64,000 nucleotides of DNA, taken from Minisyncoccia bacterium (lineage in GTDB: Bacteria > Patescibacteriota > Minisyncoccia > Phycocordibacterales > UBA9973). The position numbers were made by a program, and so were the translations under genes. The notes below the pieces were generated by a model. That model did not search any database, was not told the DNA's origin, and saw nothing but the letters and a program-made list of their open reading frames with translations. Positions 26,965 to 37,486 of this stretch are shown here, in pieces. Positions within the stretch are counted from its first letter, which is position 1; each line of letters opens with the position of its first letter. The stretch spans positions 1,533 to 65,532 of the forward strand of contig JBGSSJ010000014.1 in NCBI GenBank assembly GCA_041737125.1, in the 5' to 3' direction.

Positions 26965-28851
26965 ATGCAGATTAAAAACAAAAAACAACAACCTAAAAAA
27001 CTCAATATTATCAACCAGATTGTGATTGCTATATTCATATTCATGAGTATCAGCATCCTCTACTCTTTCGTAGCGAAAAGTCCTGAAGAGATCAAGCCTC
27101 TAGCAATATCAGACGTAGCCAAAGGTGTGATAGAAGGCAAGATAAAGAAGATAGATGTTGTAGGACAAGATGTGTCCGTAGTATTTTCCGATGATACGAA
27201 AGGCAAAGCGAAGAAGGAGCTCGAAGCTTCATTGTCAGAGACATTATTTAACTACGGCGTGACGAAAGAGCAACTAGCTGCGACCCCTATAGAAGTGAAG
27301 AATGAAAGTGGCTTCGGTTACTGGATTATGAATATCTTGCCATTCTTGCTACCTGTACTACTAATAGTGTTCTTCGTATGGATGCTCTCTCGCCAAGTGA
27401 AAGGCCAAGGCATGCAAGCTTTCACATTCGGTCAGTCGAAGGCTCGTATTACAGATCCGAACGATAAGAATAATAAAGTGACTTTCAAGGACGTAGCCGG
27501 CGCCAAAGAAGCGAAAGAAGAGTTAAAAGAGATAGTAGACTTCCTAAAGAATCCGAAAAAGTTCCTCGACATCGGTGCAAGAATACCCAAAGGTGTGCTA
27601 CTTACAGGTTCACCAGGTACAGGTAAGACTTTGCTTGCGCGAGCAGTGGCAGGTGAGGCCGGTGTGCCGTTCTTCCATTTATCCGGATCTGAATTCGTAG
27701 AAATGTTCGTCGGTGTCGGTGCTTCTCGTGTGCGTGACCTTTTCAAGATGGCGAAGAATGCATCACCCGCAATAGTCTTCATTGATGAGATAGATGCAGT
27801 AGGCCGTGTGCGTGGCACAGGTGTAGGTGGAGGTAATGATGAGAGAGAGCAGACACTAAACCAGATACTAGTCGAGATGGATGGCTTCGAACCCAATGAG
27901 AAGGTCATAGTCATGGCAGCGACGAATCGCTCTGATGTGCTTGACCCAGCATTACTACGTCCGGGCAGATTTGACCGTAGGGTGAAGCTTGATCTACCTG
28001 ATAGGTCTGATCGTGAAGATATACTTACAATACATAGCGCGAAGAAGCCTTTTGCAGAAGATGTGAATCTGAAAGTTATTGCCGAGCGTACTCCAGGATT
28101 CTCTGGTGCAGATCTATATTCACTGATGAATGAAGGTGCGATACTTGCTGCACGTGAAGATAGGAAGAAGGTCTCTCAGTTCGATCTTATTCGTTCTATA
28201 GAGAAGGTGATGATGGGTCCTGAGCGTAAGAGCCACTTGCTATCGAAGAAAGAGAAAGAGATAACAGCTTACCATGAAGCAGGGCATGCACTCGTGGCAT
28301 CTGTGCTCCCTTATGCAGACCCAGTGCACAAAGTGTCCATCGTTTCTCGTGGTAGTGCTGGAGGCTACACATTGAAGCTTCCACTCGAAGAACGCAAACT
28401 TCAAAGCAAGAAAGAATTCCTCGATGATATAGCTATGGCTATGGGAGGCTATGCTGCAGAGAAAATGATTTTCGGAGATATAACTACTGGCCCATCGAAT
28501 GACTTGCAAGTAGCGACAAGCATGGCTCGTGCTATGGTCACTAGGTGGGGTATGAGTGATGAGATAGGCCCGATAGCACTTGAGAGTGATGGAGGGAGGA
28601 CAATGTTCGGTCGTGGAGTGAATGACCAGGAATACTCTGAGCGTGTCGGTGCACTGATCGATGGTGAAGTATCGAAGATTATGAATGAAGCACTTGCTGT
28701 TGCGAACAAGACACTGACTGATCACCGCAAAGTTCTCGATGCAATAGCGCTCAAGCTTGTAGAAGTAGAGACACTCGAGCAAGATGAATACAATCAGCTC
28801 ATTATCGCGAATGGAATAATGCCAAAAATGAAGGAAGAGGTGAAGGCTTAA
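26965..28851 (+). CDS. ftsH: ATP-dependent zinc metalloprotease FtsH; start taken at MQIKNKK
   Basis: TM-periplasmic-TM N-terminus; AAA+ Walker A GSPGTGKT, Walker [13 protein letters not shown]; Zn site HEAGHALV; TATAAT at 26949. Confidence 0.9.
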   Translation: MQIKNKKQQPKKLNIINQIVIAIFIFMSISILYSFVAKSPEEIKPLAISDVAKGVIEGKIKKIDVVGQDVSVVFSDDTKGKAKKELEASLSETLFNYGVTKEQLAATPIEVKNESGFGYWIMNILPFLLPVLLIVFFVWMLSRQVKGQGMQAFTFGQSKARITDPNDKNNKVTFKDVAGAKEAKEELKEIVDFLKNPKKFLDIGARIPKGVLLTGSPGTGKTLLARAVAGEAGVPFFHLSGSEFVEMFVGVGASRVRDLFKMAKNASPAIVFIDEIDAVGRVRGTGVGGGNDEREQTLNQILVEMDGFEPNEKVIVMAATNRSDVLDPALLRPGRFDRRVKLDLPDRSDREDILTIHSAKKPFAEDVNLKVIAERTPGFSGADLYSLMNEGAILAAREDRKKVSQFDLIRSIEKVMMGPERKSHLLSKKEKEITAYHEAGHALVASVLPYADPVHKVSIVSRGSAGGYTLKLPLEERKLQSKKEFLDDIAMAMGGYAAEKMIFGDITTGPSNDLQVATSMARAMVTRWGMSDEIGPIALESDGGRTMFGRGVNDQEYSERVGALIDGEVSKIMNEALAVANKTLTDHRKVLDAIALKLVEVETLEQDEYNQLIIANGIMPKMKEEVKA

Positions 28852-28974
28852 CAAATCACTAAAATTCGGTTAGTATGTATAAGTTATACGATAACCGCAA
28901 TTCTACCCTTAGCTGTTTTGGTTAGTTAAGCAGGTGAAAAACCTTTGGTTGTTTAGGTATATAAACAACATTAA

Positions 28975-29048
28975 CCACCCTTAGCTCAGTTGGTTAGAGC
29001 ACAGAGCTTATACCTCTGGGGTCCTTGGTTCGAATCCAAGAGGGTGGA
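28975..29048 (+). tRNA. tRNA-Ile with anticodon UAU
   Basis: Cloverleaf CCACCCT/AGGGTGG acceptor, GCTC-AGTTGGTTA-GAGC D-arm (Ile-like), anticodon arm CAGAG-CTTATAC-CTCTG giving 5'-TAT-3', TTCGAAT T-loop, discriminator A; no CCA encoded. Confidence 0.8.
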
Positions 29049-29121
29049 CATTAAAAAGCTTTATAATCTGTTAAAACATTAATTGATTGATTATCAATTA
29101 ATAATGTAATAATATATAGCT

Positions 29122-30528
29122 ATGGAAAATCAAAACTTAAAGCAAGAAAGCCTGTCGCCTTTTGATGTTGAAAAAATAGAGGAGATTAAACATACGAATG
29201 TCGAAATTAAAGATGATCAACTTTTGATAGATGGGGTTATACAGGGAAAATACTCTAACGTCGACGATAAGCGATTGCAGAAAAATAATTCAAACTTAGT
29301 TTATTTTAATGCCTCTATGAATGGAGCAGAAGAGGGAAGTTGGGCAGGACGTGTTATTGATGTAAATAATCCAGAAAAAGAACTTTTAGAAGTAAAGACA
29401 GATAAAAAAGATGATACTATTTTAGTAAATGGTAGTAAATGGGATTCTTTGAGAGGTAAAGATGTTTATTTTGGTGGTTATCACGTAGAAATTGATCCCC
29501 AGGGAGAGAAAATTGTTTTCACAGAACTTGGGAAAGATAAAAGTAGTATTATTGTAAATAATACTGAATGGCAAACAAAATTTAAAGGAGTTCAATTTGC
29601 TACAAGTTCATTCGGGGTTGTGTATGCTATTGTGGATAATGATTTTTACGAACACACAAGATTGCTTGTTGACGATAAGGAATGGGTGTACCCAAAATTT
29701 TCTGCTGAATTAAACCAACAAAAAGATCATGTAGTGAATGCGACCATTGGGAAGAATGATCTAGTTGTTGCTATTGTAGACTCTATCCGTACCAAAGATA
29801 GGCGTAGTCATGTTCTAACTGGTGATAAAATAGGAGCTAAAAATGAATGGAAAAATACGTTAAATCAAGTAAAGAAAATTATTACCGATAATGAGACAGG
29901 TAACGTAGCTGTTTTTGGTGAAACTGAATACAATTCTAAAGAAATGGCTTTCATTATAAATGATATGCCGTATCAAATAGAGGATATGGTAGGAGACCCT
30001 GAAGTCTTTAAATTTGAAGGAGGCGCAGTTCTTATTCAGTATTTAAACGCACTTGGTGAGAAAATCAGTAAAAAAATTACACTTCGTGAAAATGCAAAAG
30101 AAGTTCAAAAAATGAAAGAGAAAAAATTAGCGGAAGAAAAAGCATTTGAGAATTTGCGTCACATGTTGACTAATGAAAATATTACAGCAAGCGAGATTGT
30201 AGCTCGTCTTAACCAAGTCGGTGATCTTGAAAAGAAGATTGAGGAAGTTAAAAATCTTCATCAAACAGTTGATAAATTAACAGAAGAAAAAATTGGATTA
30301 AAATTAAAAATTGAAAAAGATAATACGGCTCATGAAAAGGAAAAAGAAGCTTTAGAGCTAAAAATTACAGAAACACAAAAAGTTGTAGGAGAACTCAAAG
30401 ATACTTTGACAAGAGCGGAAAAAACTACTTTTGGTTCCAATTTCAAAATTTCTAATGACTCAATGAAACTCGCATTAAAATCTCTAATAGATTTAGAAGA
30501 AAAGTACGGGCAAACTAAAAATAGTTAA
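29122..30528 (+). CDS. Hypothetical protein with an N-terminal beta-rich repeat domain and a C-terminal coiled coil
   Basis: 468 aa; the C-terminal ~150 aa are a heptad-rich K/E coiled coil (LKLKIEKDNTAHEKEKEALELKITE...). Confidence 0.55.
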   Translation: MENQNLKQESLSPFDVEKIEEIKHTNVEIKDDQLLIDGVIQGKYSNVDDKRLQKNNSNLVYFNASMNGAEEGSWAGRVIDVNNPEKELLEVKTDKKDDTILVNGSKWDSLRGKDVYFGGYHVEIDPQGEKIVFTELGKDKSSIIVNNTEWQTKFKGVQFATSSFGVVYAIVDNDFYEHTRLLVDDKEWVYPKFSAELNQQKDHVVNATIGKNDLVVAIVDSIRTKDRRSHVLTGDKIGAKNEWKNTLNQVKKIITDNETGNVAVFGETEYNSKEMAFIINDMPYQIEDMVGDPEVFKFEGGAVLIQYLNALGEKISKKITLRENAKEVQKMKEKKLAEEKAFENLRHMLTNENITASEIVARLNQVGDLEKKIEEVKNLHQTVDKLTEEKIGLKLKIEKDNTAHEKEKEALELKITETQKVVGELKDTLTRAEKTTFGSNFKISNDSMKLALKSLIDLEEKYGQTKNS

Positions 30529-30708
30529 TTGTCCTTAGAATAAATTTTTTATAACCCATTAGAATTTTTACTGAAAACTATAAAATCTTAAACACAAAAT
30601 GCAAAGATAATTCTGTGTAGTATTTGCTGTTATTTTGTACAGGGTAGTCATGTATCTATATTATTCTACTTGCAAAAAAGTTGCATCTAGTTTATACTCA
30701 GAAAACTT

Positions 30709-31461
30709 ATGAATATTTTATTATTACAATTAATTTTAGCTGGTGTTGTGCCTGTACTCTTAGTGTTCTTCTTACCGAAGAACCCATCTTTTTTCCAGAA
30801 AGATTGGGTGAAAGGTTTCGCGCTCGGTGTATACCTTACACTTATAATTTTACTGCTTCGAGAATCAATATCCGATAGTGGGGTGGGGGATACAACTCTT
30901 TGGTTCTTGGTAGGAGTAGTCGCTAGTGTTGTCATTGGTTACTTTGTAAAAGAGTTCCACCACCACCACAATGTTCTAGGGGTTCACCATTCGCATACGA
31001 AAGCTAGTACCATTCGTCTATTTATTTCTGATTTATTTCATAATGCTGTAGATGGTATCGCTGTTTCGGCTGGAGGGTTTGTCGCTATGTTTGGAATACT
31101 TGGTCATCAGACTATTCAGCAATTTGGCCAGCAGATACTGCTTGTCGAGAGTGGGGTAAAGCCATACAAAGCCCTCTTCATTTCTTTCCTTATATCGCTT
31201 TCAATATTTACTACACTATTTATCAGTGGGGAAGCAGGTGAAGTAATAGAGCCTATTTTTATAGCATTATCTGCTGGTATTATTTCATGGAAGGTTTATC
31301 AAGATTTGTCGCACTCTATATATACTAGAAAGTATATTCTCGGATTCCTGGTCGGAGTCATACTTCTATCTGCTTCACTATTACTTATTCCACATGCTCA
31401 CGGAGAACACGAGGATGAAGATAATCATGACGAAAGTATAGAATTAATTTATGCTGAATAA
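30709..31461 (+). CDS. ZIP-family (ZupT-like) divalent metal transporter
   Basis: 250 aa; multiple TM helices; His-rich loop EFHHHHNVLGVHHSH; ZIP signature LFHNAVDGIAVSAGG. Confidence 0.6.
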   Translation: MNILLLQLILAGVVPVLLVFFLPKNPSFFQKDWVKGFALGVYLTLIILLLRESISDSGVGDTTLWFLVGVVASVVIGYFVKEFHHHHNVLGVHHSHTKASTIRLFISDLFHNAVDGIAVSAGGFVAMFGILGHQTIQQFGQQILLVESGVKPYKALFISFLISLSIFTTLFISGEAGEVIEPIFIALSAGIISWKVYQDLSHSIYTRKYILGFLVGVILLSASLLLIPHAHGEHEDEDNHDESIELIYAE

Positions 31462-31888
31462 TACGATTAAATTAGAAACAATTAAAAATATCTTGAAAGA
31501 TAATAACCTCAAAGCAACTACACAGAGGGTGGAATTACTGTCTGTATTATCTGAGATCAAAAAACCGATCACACTCAAAGATTTAATGAATAAAATGAAA
31601 TCCAAAAGCGTGCATGAAGTCACGCTGTATAGGTTGCTCGCATCTTTTAAAAGTTTAGGTATCGTGAGACAAATTGATTTTCAGGATGGCACACCACTTT
31701 TTGAATTAATGGACAAAGAAAACGATCACCATCATATAGTATGCACTAATTGCAAAAAGGTAAGCGATTTTGTGGGCTGTCAGATAGACGGTATAATAAG
31801 TAAAGCACTCAAGCAAACAAAAGATTTCTCATCTATCAATAGTCATTCTTTTGAATTATTTGGTGTATGTAATACTTGCTCCAAATGA
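31451..31888 (+). CDS. Fur-family metalloregulator, probably Zur
   Basis: 145 aa; winged-helix N-terminus; HHHIVCTNC...C..C metal sites; overlaps the ZIP gene stop by 11 nt. Confidence 0.75.
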   Translation: MLNNTIKLETIKNILKDNNLKATTQRVELLSVLSEIKKPITLKDLMNKMKSKSVHEVTLYRLLASFKSLGIVRQIDFQDGTPLFELMDKENDHHHIVCTNCKKVSDFVGCQIDGIISKALKQTKDFSSINSHSFELFGVCNTCSK

Positions 31889-33027
31889 TTAATCTTATAA
31901 AAAAAATTATTCCAATTGTTTTTATATTTTCTATGTTTATACCGACTATTTTTGTAGGCGCGGTTGAAATCATGGAAGATAAGCAGGAAATACTAAAAGC
32001 AAAAGTAGTTGAAATATCGGATGAGGGATTGAAAGATGATACAGCTATAGATAAAGATATTTTTTACCAGAATATAAAAGTTGAAGTTCTTAAAGGCGAA
32101 CAAAAAGGAGAGATTATATCGGTTGAGAATGACTATATTAAATTAAAAGAAAATCAAAAATTTTATTTACTAAAATATACCAGTGCAGAGAGTGGTAGTG
32201 TGGTATATAGCGTGCAAGATGTGAATCGCATTCCGTGGCTTATATTCTTTTTCCTATTGTTTATATTTGTTACTTTATTTTTTGGTGGAATGCAGGGCTT
32301 TCGTGGATTACTATCTTTATTTGGTGGATTATTACTAATATTCTATATCTTATTACCAGAGATTGTCGCAGGAACATCTCCTCTCTTAATTAGTATAATA
32401 GTCGCTTCACTCGTAACAGTTGTAGGTTCTTATGTTACACACGGATTAAATCGTACGACCACTAGTGCTGTCTTGGGTATGATTGTAACAGTCGTTATTT
32501 CTGGTTTACTCGCATACTTTGCAGTGAACGTTACTTCACTTTCTGGTTTCGACACAGAGGAAGCTACATATTTATCCCTCAATAGTTATGGAGCTATTGA
32601 CCTGAAAGGCTTACTCATGGGAGGGATTCTTATCGGTTTGCTTGGAGTTCTGTATGATGGTGCTATAGGGCAAGCAATAGCAGTCGAAGAGCTATGGAGG
32701 GCAAATAAAGATTTATCACGTAAATATGTTTTTTCTAGAGTTTTAAGAATCGGACGTGAGCACATAGGTGCACTGGTGAACAATCTTGCCATTGCATACG
32801 TTGGAGCAGCTCTCCCTCTCTTAGTATTCTTCTCGTTCCCGACTTCAGTGTCTACTATGTTTATTGTGAATAGAGAAATATTTGCCACAGAGATAATCCG
32901 TACTCTTATAGGGTCCATTGGTCTAGTCCTTGCTGTGCCCATTACCACAGCTATCTCTATATATATGCTACATGGTAGGGAATTCAAGAATAATAAGGGT
33001 GAGACACATCATCACCATCATCACTAA
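31876..33027 (+). CDS. YibE/F-family membrane protein with a native C-terminal hexahistidine
   Basis: 383 aa; N-terminal extracytoplasmic domain then ~7 TM helices typical of YibE/F; ends ...GETHHHHHH*. Confidence 0.6.
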   Translation: MLQMINLIKKIIPIVFIFSMFIPTIFVGAVEIMEDKQEILKAKVVEISDEGLKDDTAIDKDIFYQNIKVEVLKGEQKGEIISVENDYIKLKENQKFYLLKYTSAESGSVVYSVQDVNRIPWLIFFFLLFIFVTLFFGGMQGFRGLLSLFGGLLLIFYILLPEIVAGTSPLLISIIVASLVTVVGSYVTHGLNRTTTSAVLGMIVTVVISGLLAYFAVNVTSLSGFDTEEATYLSLNSYGAIDLKGLLMGGILIGLLGVLYDGAIGQAIAVEELWRANKDLSRKYVFSRVLRIGREHIGALVNNLAIAYVGAALPLLVFFSFPTSVSTMFIVNREIFATEIIRTLIGSIGLVLAVPITTAISIYMLHGREFKNNKGETHHHHHH

Positions 33028-33068
33028 GTGTAATAAAACATCTATCCAAATGTAGTATATTATATAGG

Positions 33069-33659
33069 ATGGAACAATCTAAAAAAATAGAGACAAAAAC
33101 AGACAAGGAGATAGTCCTTCAGATTAAAAAAGGAGATCATGATCTTTTCAGTGAAATAGTATCTCGGTATGAGCCGAAGCTCAGGCGTTATGCTCGTAAG
33201 TTCCTATTTAAATATAATGACGTCGACGATCTTGTGCAAGATGTTTTCATAAAAGTTTATATAAATCTCCAGAGTTTCGATGATGATAGGGAATTCTCGC
33301 CTTGGATATATAGAATAGCTCACAATACATATGTGAATGCTCTAAAGAAGAAATTAACTGACCGTATATTCTCGACTGACTTTTTTGATTTTGATACTTT
33401 CTTACCTCATACAGGTGAAGCTGAGAGGGCAGACAAAGAGAGTGATAGGGAATTAATAAAGAAAGAGCTTGATCACCACTTAGACTCTATCGATGCGAAG
33501 TACCGCGAAATATTAATTCTTTATTTCTATGAAGATATGGATTACAAAGAGATTGCCCAAGTTCTAGGCATCCCCATATCGACCGTGGGTGTACGTATTA
33601 AAAGAGGTAAAGATAAGCTAAAGGAGCTATTATCAAATAATAATTTTATTTATGAGTAA
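33069..33659 (+). CDS. ECF-type RNA polymerase sigma factor
   Basis: 196 aa; region 2 (DLVQDVFIKVYINLQSF, FSPWIYRIAHNTYVNALKK) and region 4 HTH (DYKEIAQVLGIPISTVGVRIKRGKDKL). Confidence 0.85.
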   Translation: MEQSKKIETKTDKEIVLQIKKGDHDLFSEIVSRYEPKLRRYARKFLFKYNDVDDLVQDVFIKVYINLQSFDDDREFSPWIYRIAHNTYVNALKKKLTDRIFSTDFFDFDTFLPHTGEAERADKESDRELIKKELDHHLDSIDAKYREILILYFYEDMDYKEIAQVLGIPISTVGVRIKRGKDKLKELLSNNNFIYE

Positions 33660-34224
33660 TCTAAATGAAGAAAATTCAATACAAGGGAAAGTGTTAACTG
33701 CTATAAAGGAAGGCAAGCTTGTTATGAAGCCGAAGTGGCATTTCGTACTCAAAACAGTCATGCATATACTAGTGGCTGTTATATTATTCTTCGCACTTAT
33801 CTATCTTATTAGTTTTATTGGCCTTGTCGCTCGAGAGAAAGAATTATTTAAACTATTAAACCTAAACCCTCGGGAGCTTTACTTACTGATGACATCAATC
33901 CCTTGGATTATAGTTATTTTATCTATATTTCTATTATTTACTTTCTATAAATTAGTAAAAGAATATGCATTTATCTATAAGAAGCCACTTGTTTATAGCC
34001 TCTCGGGGATTATATTCCTTGTAGTATTAATAGGTGCCATTATCCAGATACTTGATGTGAACTTCAGATTTGCGCGTTTCGGTGAAGGTCCGCGTGTGCC
34101 AGTACTTGGACCTATGCATAAGTACTATAGGGGAGATATGGACAAGAGGCCAATGATGAAGTTCCGTGATGACAGAAGGGGTATGATGCCACCTCGCGAA
34201 TTAGAGTCTCCATTTTTGAAATAA
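33652..34224 (+). CDS. Putative membrane anti-sigma factor or sigma-associated membrane protein
   Basis: 190 aa; start overlaps the sigma gene stop; three TM helices; Arg/Met-rich C-terminus; the assignment is positional. Confidence 0.4.
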   Translation: MSNLNEENSIQGKVLTAIKEGKLVMKPKWHFVLKTVMHILVAVILFFALIYLISFIGLVAREKELFKLLNLNPRELYLLMTSIPWIIVILSIFLLFTFYKLVKEYAFIYKKPLVYSLSGIIFLVVLIGAIIQILDVNFRFARFGEGPRVPVLGPMHKYYRGDMDKRPMMKFRDDRRGMMPPRELESPFLK

Positions 34225-34297
34225 AATACATTTCTGGGTGTAGTAGTATATGCAAGAGATATCCTTGCATATTATTAAATAATAAAAATAATTAAAT

Positions 34298-34747
34298 ATG
34301 AATAAAACTAAATTACTCAAATATAGCGTCCCAGCACTTGCGCTCGCATTATTACTAAGCGCAGGCTCTATGGAAGCCTTTGGTGGGATGAATAAAAATA
34401 TGACTGCTGACGAAATTGCGACAGTTCATACACAGATGTTCGCACAGCAAGCAACTCTTATAGGCGTATCTGTTGATGAAGTGAAGACTGCATGGGCAAA
34501 TGGTACAAGCTTCAAAGAGCTTGCTAAACAGAAGGGAATTACCGAAGAAGTACTAAGAACAAAAATGCAAGAAGCTCACAAAGCCCAAATGAAAGCTCAC
34601 TTACAAACTCTAGTAGATAAAGGAGTGATCACACAAGCTCAAGCTGATGCTCGTATTACTACAATGGAAAAGATGAAGAATAATGTGAAAGGCAAAAAGG
34701 CCAAAGGACACGGTATGGGAATGGGTATGGGTATGTACGGATTTTAG
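34298..34747 (+). CDS. Secreted helical protein with a Met/His/Gly-rich C-terminus
   Basis: 149 aa; signal peptide MNKTKLLKYSVPALALALLLSAGSMEAFG; ends KGHGMGMGMGMYGF. Confidence 0.5.
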   Translation: MNKTKLLKYSVPALALALLLSAGSMEAFGGMNKNMTADEIATVHTQMFAQQATLIGVSVDEVKTAWANGTSFKELAKQKGITEEVLRTKMQEAHKAQMKAHLQTLVDKGVITQAQADARITTMEKMKNNVKGKKAKGHGMGMGMGMYGF

Positions 34748-34750
34748 CAT

Positions 34751-36934
34751 TTATTCAAAATGAAGATCTAAATCTCTATCAAGTAAAGTTTGTGAAAGGA
34801 GAGGGAAAGACGCCAAAGTGGCGTCTTTTTCGATAAGATTTATAGCTTCACTACGTGCAGCTTCAACCATCTTGATGTTCTTGATAGCTTCCATGCCGAG
34901 GTCTGTGATGCCCCACTGTTTGTCACCACCGAGGAGCCCTGCACCACGCAAAGATAGGTCTAGCTCTGCAAGTTCGAAACCACTTGATGCTTTCGTCAGA
35001 GCTTTGAGGCGGTCTATAGTTTTGTCAGTTTTCGCATTAGCAAAAAGATAGCAATATGATTGGTGATTACTACGTATGACGCGTCCACGGAGCTGGTGAA
35101 GCTGAGCTAGTCCGAAGCGCTCGGCCCCTTCTATAACGATAACTGTAGCATTGGGTACATTTACACCGACTTCTATCACAGAAGTAGAGACTAGTATATC
35201 TATCTCGTGATCTTTGAATTCTTGCATAATTTCCTCTTTCTTCTGCTTGGTCATTTTGCTATGCATTATCTCTATTCTGTATTCCGGGAAAATATCTTTC
35301 TTTAACCTTTTTGCTTCTACGGTTACAGATTTCACATCAAGCTTTATTTTCTCTCCTTCATCCTCGCTATCTATTTTCGGACAGATAACATAAAGTTGCC
35401 TGCCATTCACTAATTCTTTTTTTATTTCTTCGTAAGCTTTCTCTCTTTTATTCTCTCCAATTATTTCTGTTATAACTTTCTTCCTACCGGCTGGCATCTC
35501 GTCTATGATAGAAAGATCCAAGTCTCCGTATATTGTGAGGGCAAGTGTACGAGGGATAGGAGTGGCAGTCATCGATAAGTAATGTGGCGCATGACCTTCC
35601 TTCTTCGCTAGTTTCATACGTTGGTTGGTACCGAAGCGATGTTGCTCGTCTATGACAACGAGCCCTAGGTCTTCGAATTCTACTGATTTCGATATAAGTG
35701 CATGAGTACCTATTACTATCGGTATCTCGCCATTTTTAACCCACTTGAGTAATTGGTTGCGGGCAATCGGTGTCCAAGTTTTAACCTGCTGTCCGTTCTC
35801 CCAATGGGCGCTTTTACTCGGGTATTTCCTGCAACCAGAGCCTGTAATAAGCGCTATAGATATGCCTGTATGCTCAAAGTATGAAATAAAGTTCTCGTAT
35901 AGCTGAGTAGCGAGCACCTCTGTTGGCGCCATGTAGGCCACTTGTAAGTTACCAAAGTTCTGCCCAACTGGTCTATTTTTAATAACTGCATATGCAATAG
36001 TAGCTGCAATGAAAGTTTTTCCACTACCTACATCACCTTCAACAAGTCGTGACATCGGCTTATCCTTTTTTAAATCATCGAGAATTGTATCGATGGCACT
36101 CTGTTGTGCATGTGTCGGAGTAAAAGGGAATCGTGATATGAAGTCCTCGATATCACTTTCGGGAATTTTGAGTTTGTATGAGAATAATTCTTCGTAAGCT
36201 TTGCGTTCCTGCTGGCGTGCAAGCTGTATGAAGAATACTTCTTCGAAAGCAAAACGCTTGCGAGCTATATCTGCATGATTCTTCCTCTGTGGCATGTGTA
36301 TCCATATAAGAGCTGTATGTAATGCCGGCAAGCTATACTTCTCTAGAATATATTCTGGCAAATAATCTTTGATATTTTTTATAATATCTGATTTCAGTAT
36401 CTTTTGTATTGCATGGTATATCCACAGTGATGTTATGCCTTTCGACTCGCCATATACAGGGTAGCCGAATTGTTGGACGACATTCTCTCTATTAAAAAGT
36501 GAGTCATGAAGATCTATCGGCAACACGTCGCTCGGACTTATCTCAGGATTTGTAAGTGTTAGTCCGTAAGTTGTACTCTCAGATATCTTACCAGTGACGC
36601 GCACAATAGAACCCTCCTTTAACATCTTGGCCAAGTAGGGTTGGTGGAACCAGACTATTTTTATCGAGCCAGTGATATCTGAAAGTGTGGCTTCACTCAT
36701 CGGGATTTTACTCTTGAAACTTTTCTTAGTCGCGAGTTTTGATATGGTGCCGAGTATTGTCACATTCTCACCTTTCTCTAGTGTGTTTATGTGTCGCACT
36801 TCAGATATATCTGTATATCTAGAAGGGAAGTAGAAAAGTAGGTCTTTTATCTTGCTTAGACCCATTCGTTCTAAGGCTAATTTTTGTTTATCATCTAAAC
36901 GGAAATGCTTCTCAATTTTATCTTCCAATTGCAT
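34751..36934 (-). CDS. recG: ATP-dependent DNA helicase RecG
   Basis: 727 aa; wedge/OB N-terminal domain; helicase motifs GDVGSGKT, DEQHRFG, TATPIPRTL; C-terminal RecG TRG region. Confidence 0.9.
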   Translation of the reverse strand: MQLEDKIEKHFRLDDKQKLALERMGLSKIKDLLFYFPSRYTDISEVRHINTLEKGENVTILGTISKLATKKSFKSKIPMSEATLSDITGSIKIVWFHQPYLAKMLKEGSIVRVTGKISESTTYGLTLTNPEISPSDVLPIDLHDSLFNRENVVQQFGYPVYGESKGITSLWIYHAIQKILKSDIIKNIKDYLPEYILEKYSLPALHTALIWIHMPQRKNHADIARKRFAFEEVFFIQLARQQERKAYEELFSYKLKIPESDIEDFISRFPFTPTHAQQSAIDTILDDLKKDKPMSRLVEGDVGSGKTFIAATIAYAVIKNRPVGQNFGNLQVAYMAPTEVLATQLYENFISYFEHTGISIALITGSGCRKYPSKSAHWENGQQVKTWTPIARNQLLKWVKNGEIPIVIGTHALISKSVEFEDLGLVVIDEQHRFGTNQRMKLAKKEGHAPHYLSMTATPIPRTLALTIYGDLDLSIIDEMPAGRKKVITEIIGENKREKAYEEIKKELVNGRQLYVICPKIDSEDEGEKIKLDVKSVTVEAKRLKKDIFPEYRIEIMHSKMTKQKKEEIMQEFKDHEIDILVSTSVIEVGVNVPNATVIVIEGAERFGLAQLHQLRGRVIRSNHQSYCYLFANAKTDKTIDRLKALTKASSGFELAELDLSLRGAGLLGGDKQWGITDLGMEAIKNIKMVEAARSEAINLIEKDATLASFPLLSQTLLDRDLDLHFE

Positions 36935-37097
36935 TTGTGTTTAAGTTAGGTTTATCTTCTCCATATAACACAATACCACCTATTGCTATAAATATCATCA
37001 ATAGTATTATATAAAAAGTTTTCTCTTTTTGACTCATAGAGAGGTGTATAAAATGAAGAAATATCCTCAATTAAATAGTAAAAAACCTAGATAGCTT

Positions 37098-37463
37098 CTA
37101 TTTCAATAGGGAACTTATTTTCTCTAGCAATTCCTCTAGGGTGAAGTTAGATTTAACCATAAATTCGTCAGCCCCTAGGTCCTTTGCTTTTTTAACTTCT
37201 TTATCATCCGATAGGTTGGAGAACATGATAACAGGTATTTTCTTAGTGCTTTCTGTTTCTCGTATTTTCTTAATTATTTCAAATCCATCAACTACTGGAA
37301 GCATAATATCGAGTAATATTAAGTCTATGCCCGGAGTCATAATCTGTTTCATGCCTTCTTCTCCTGTTGAGGCTGTTATTACATCATAATTCGCCTTTTT
37401 AAGCTTAGCAACTTCTAATCCCTGTAAGAATGAATCATCCTCTATAATTAATATCTTTTTCAT
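37098..37463 (-). CDS. Single-domain response regulator (CheY-like receiver)
   Basis: 121 aa; acidic pocket DD, phospho-acceptor D in LILLDIMLP, conserved T and K. Confidence 0.85.
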   Translation of the reverse strand: MKKILIIEDDSFLQGLEVAKLKKANYDVITASTGEEGMKQIMTPGIDLILLDIMLPVVDGFEIIKKIRETESTKKIPVIMFSNLSDDKEVKKAKDLGADEFMVKSNFTLEELLEKISSLLK

Positions 37464-37486
37464 ATTATATTATTGTAACACAATAT

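Noticed and set aside
28240-28854. 204-aa minus-strand ORF inside ftsH, and similar long antisense ORFs (for example 266-625, 1556-1858, 27432-27914, 51511-51819, 22781-23221)
   Set aside because: They lie entirely opposite well-supported genes and have odd, Ser/Cys/Arg-rich composition. They are shadow ORFs.
34818-35051. Small plus-strand ORFs inside recG and other sub-100-aa ORFs overlapping annotated genes
   Set aside because: They have no independent signals and are fully embedded in stronger opposite-strand genes.
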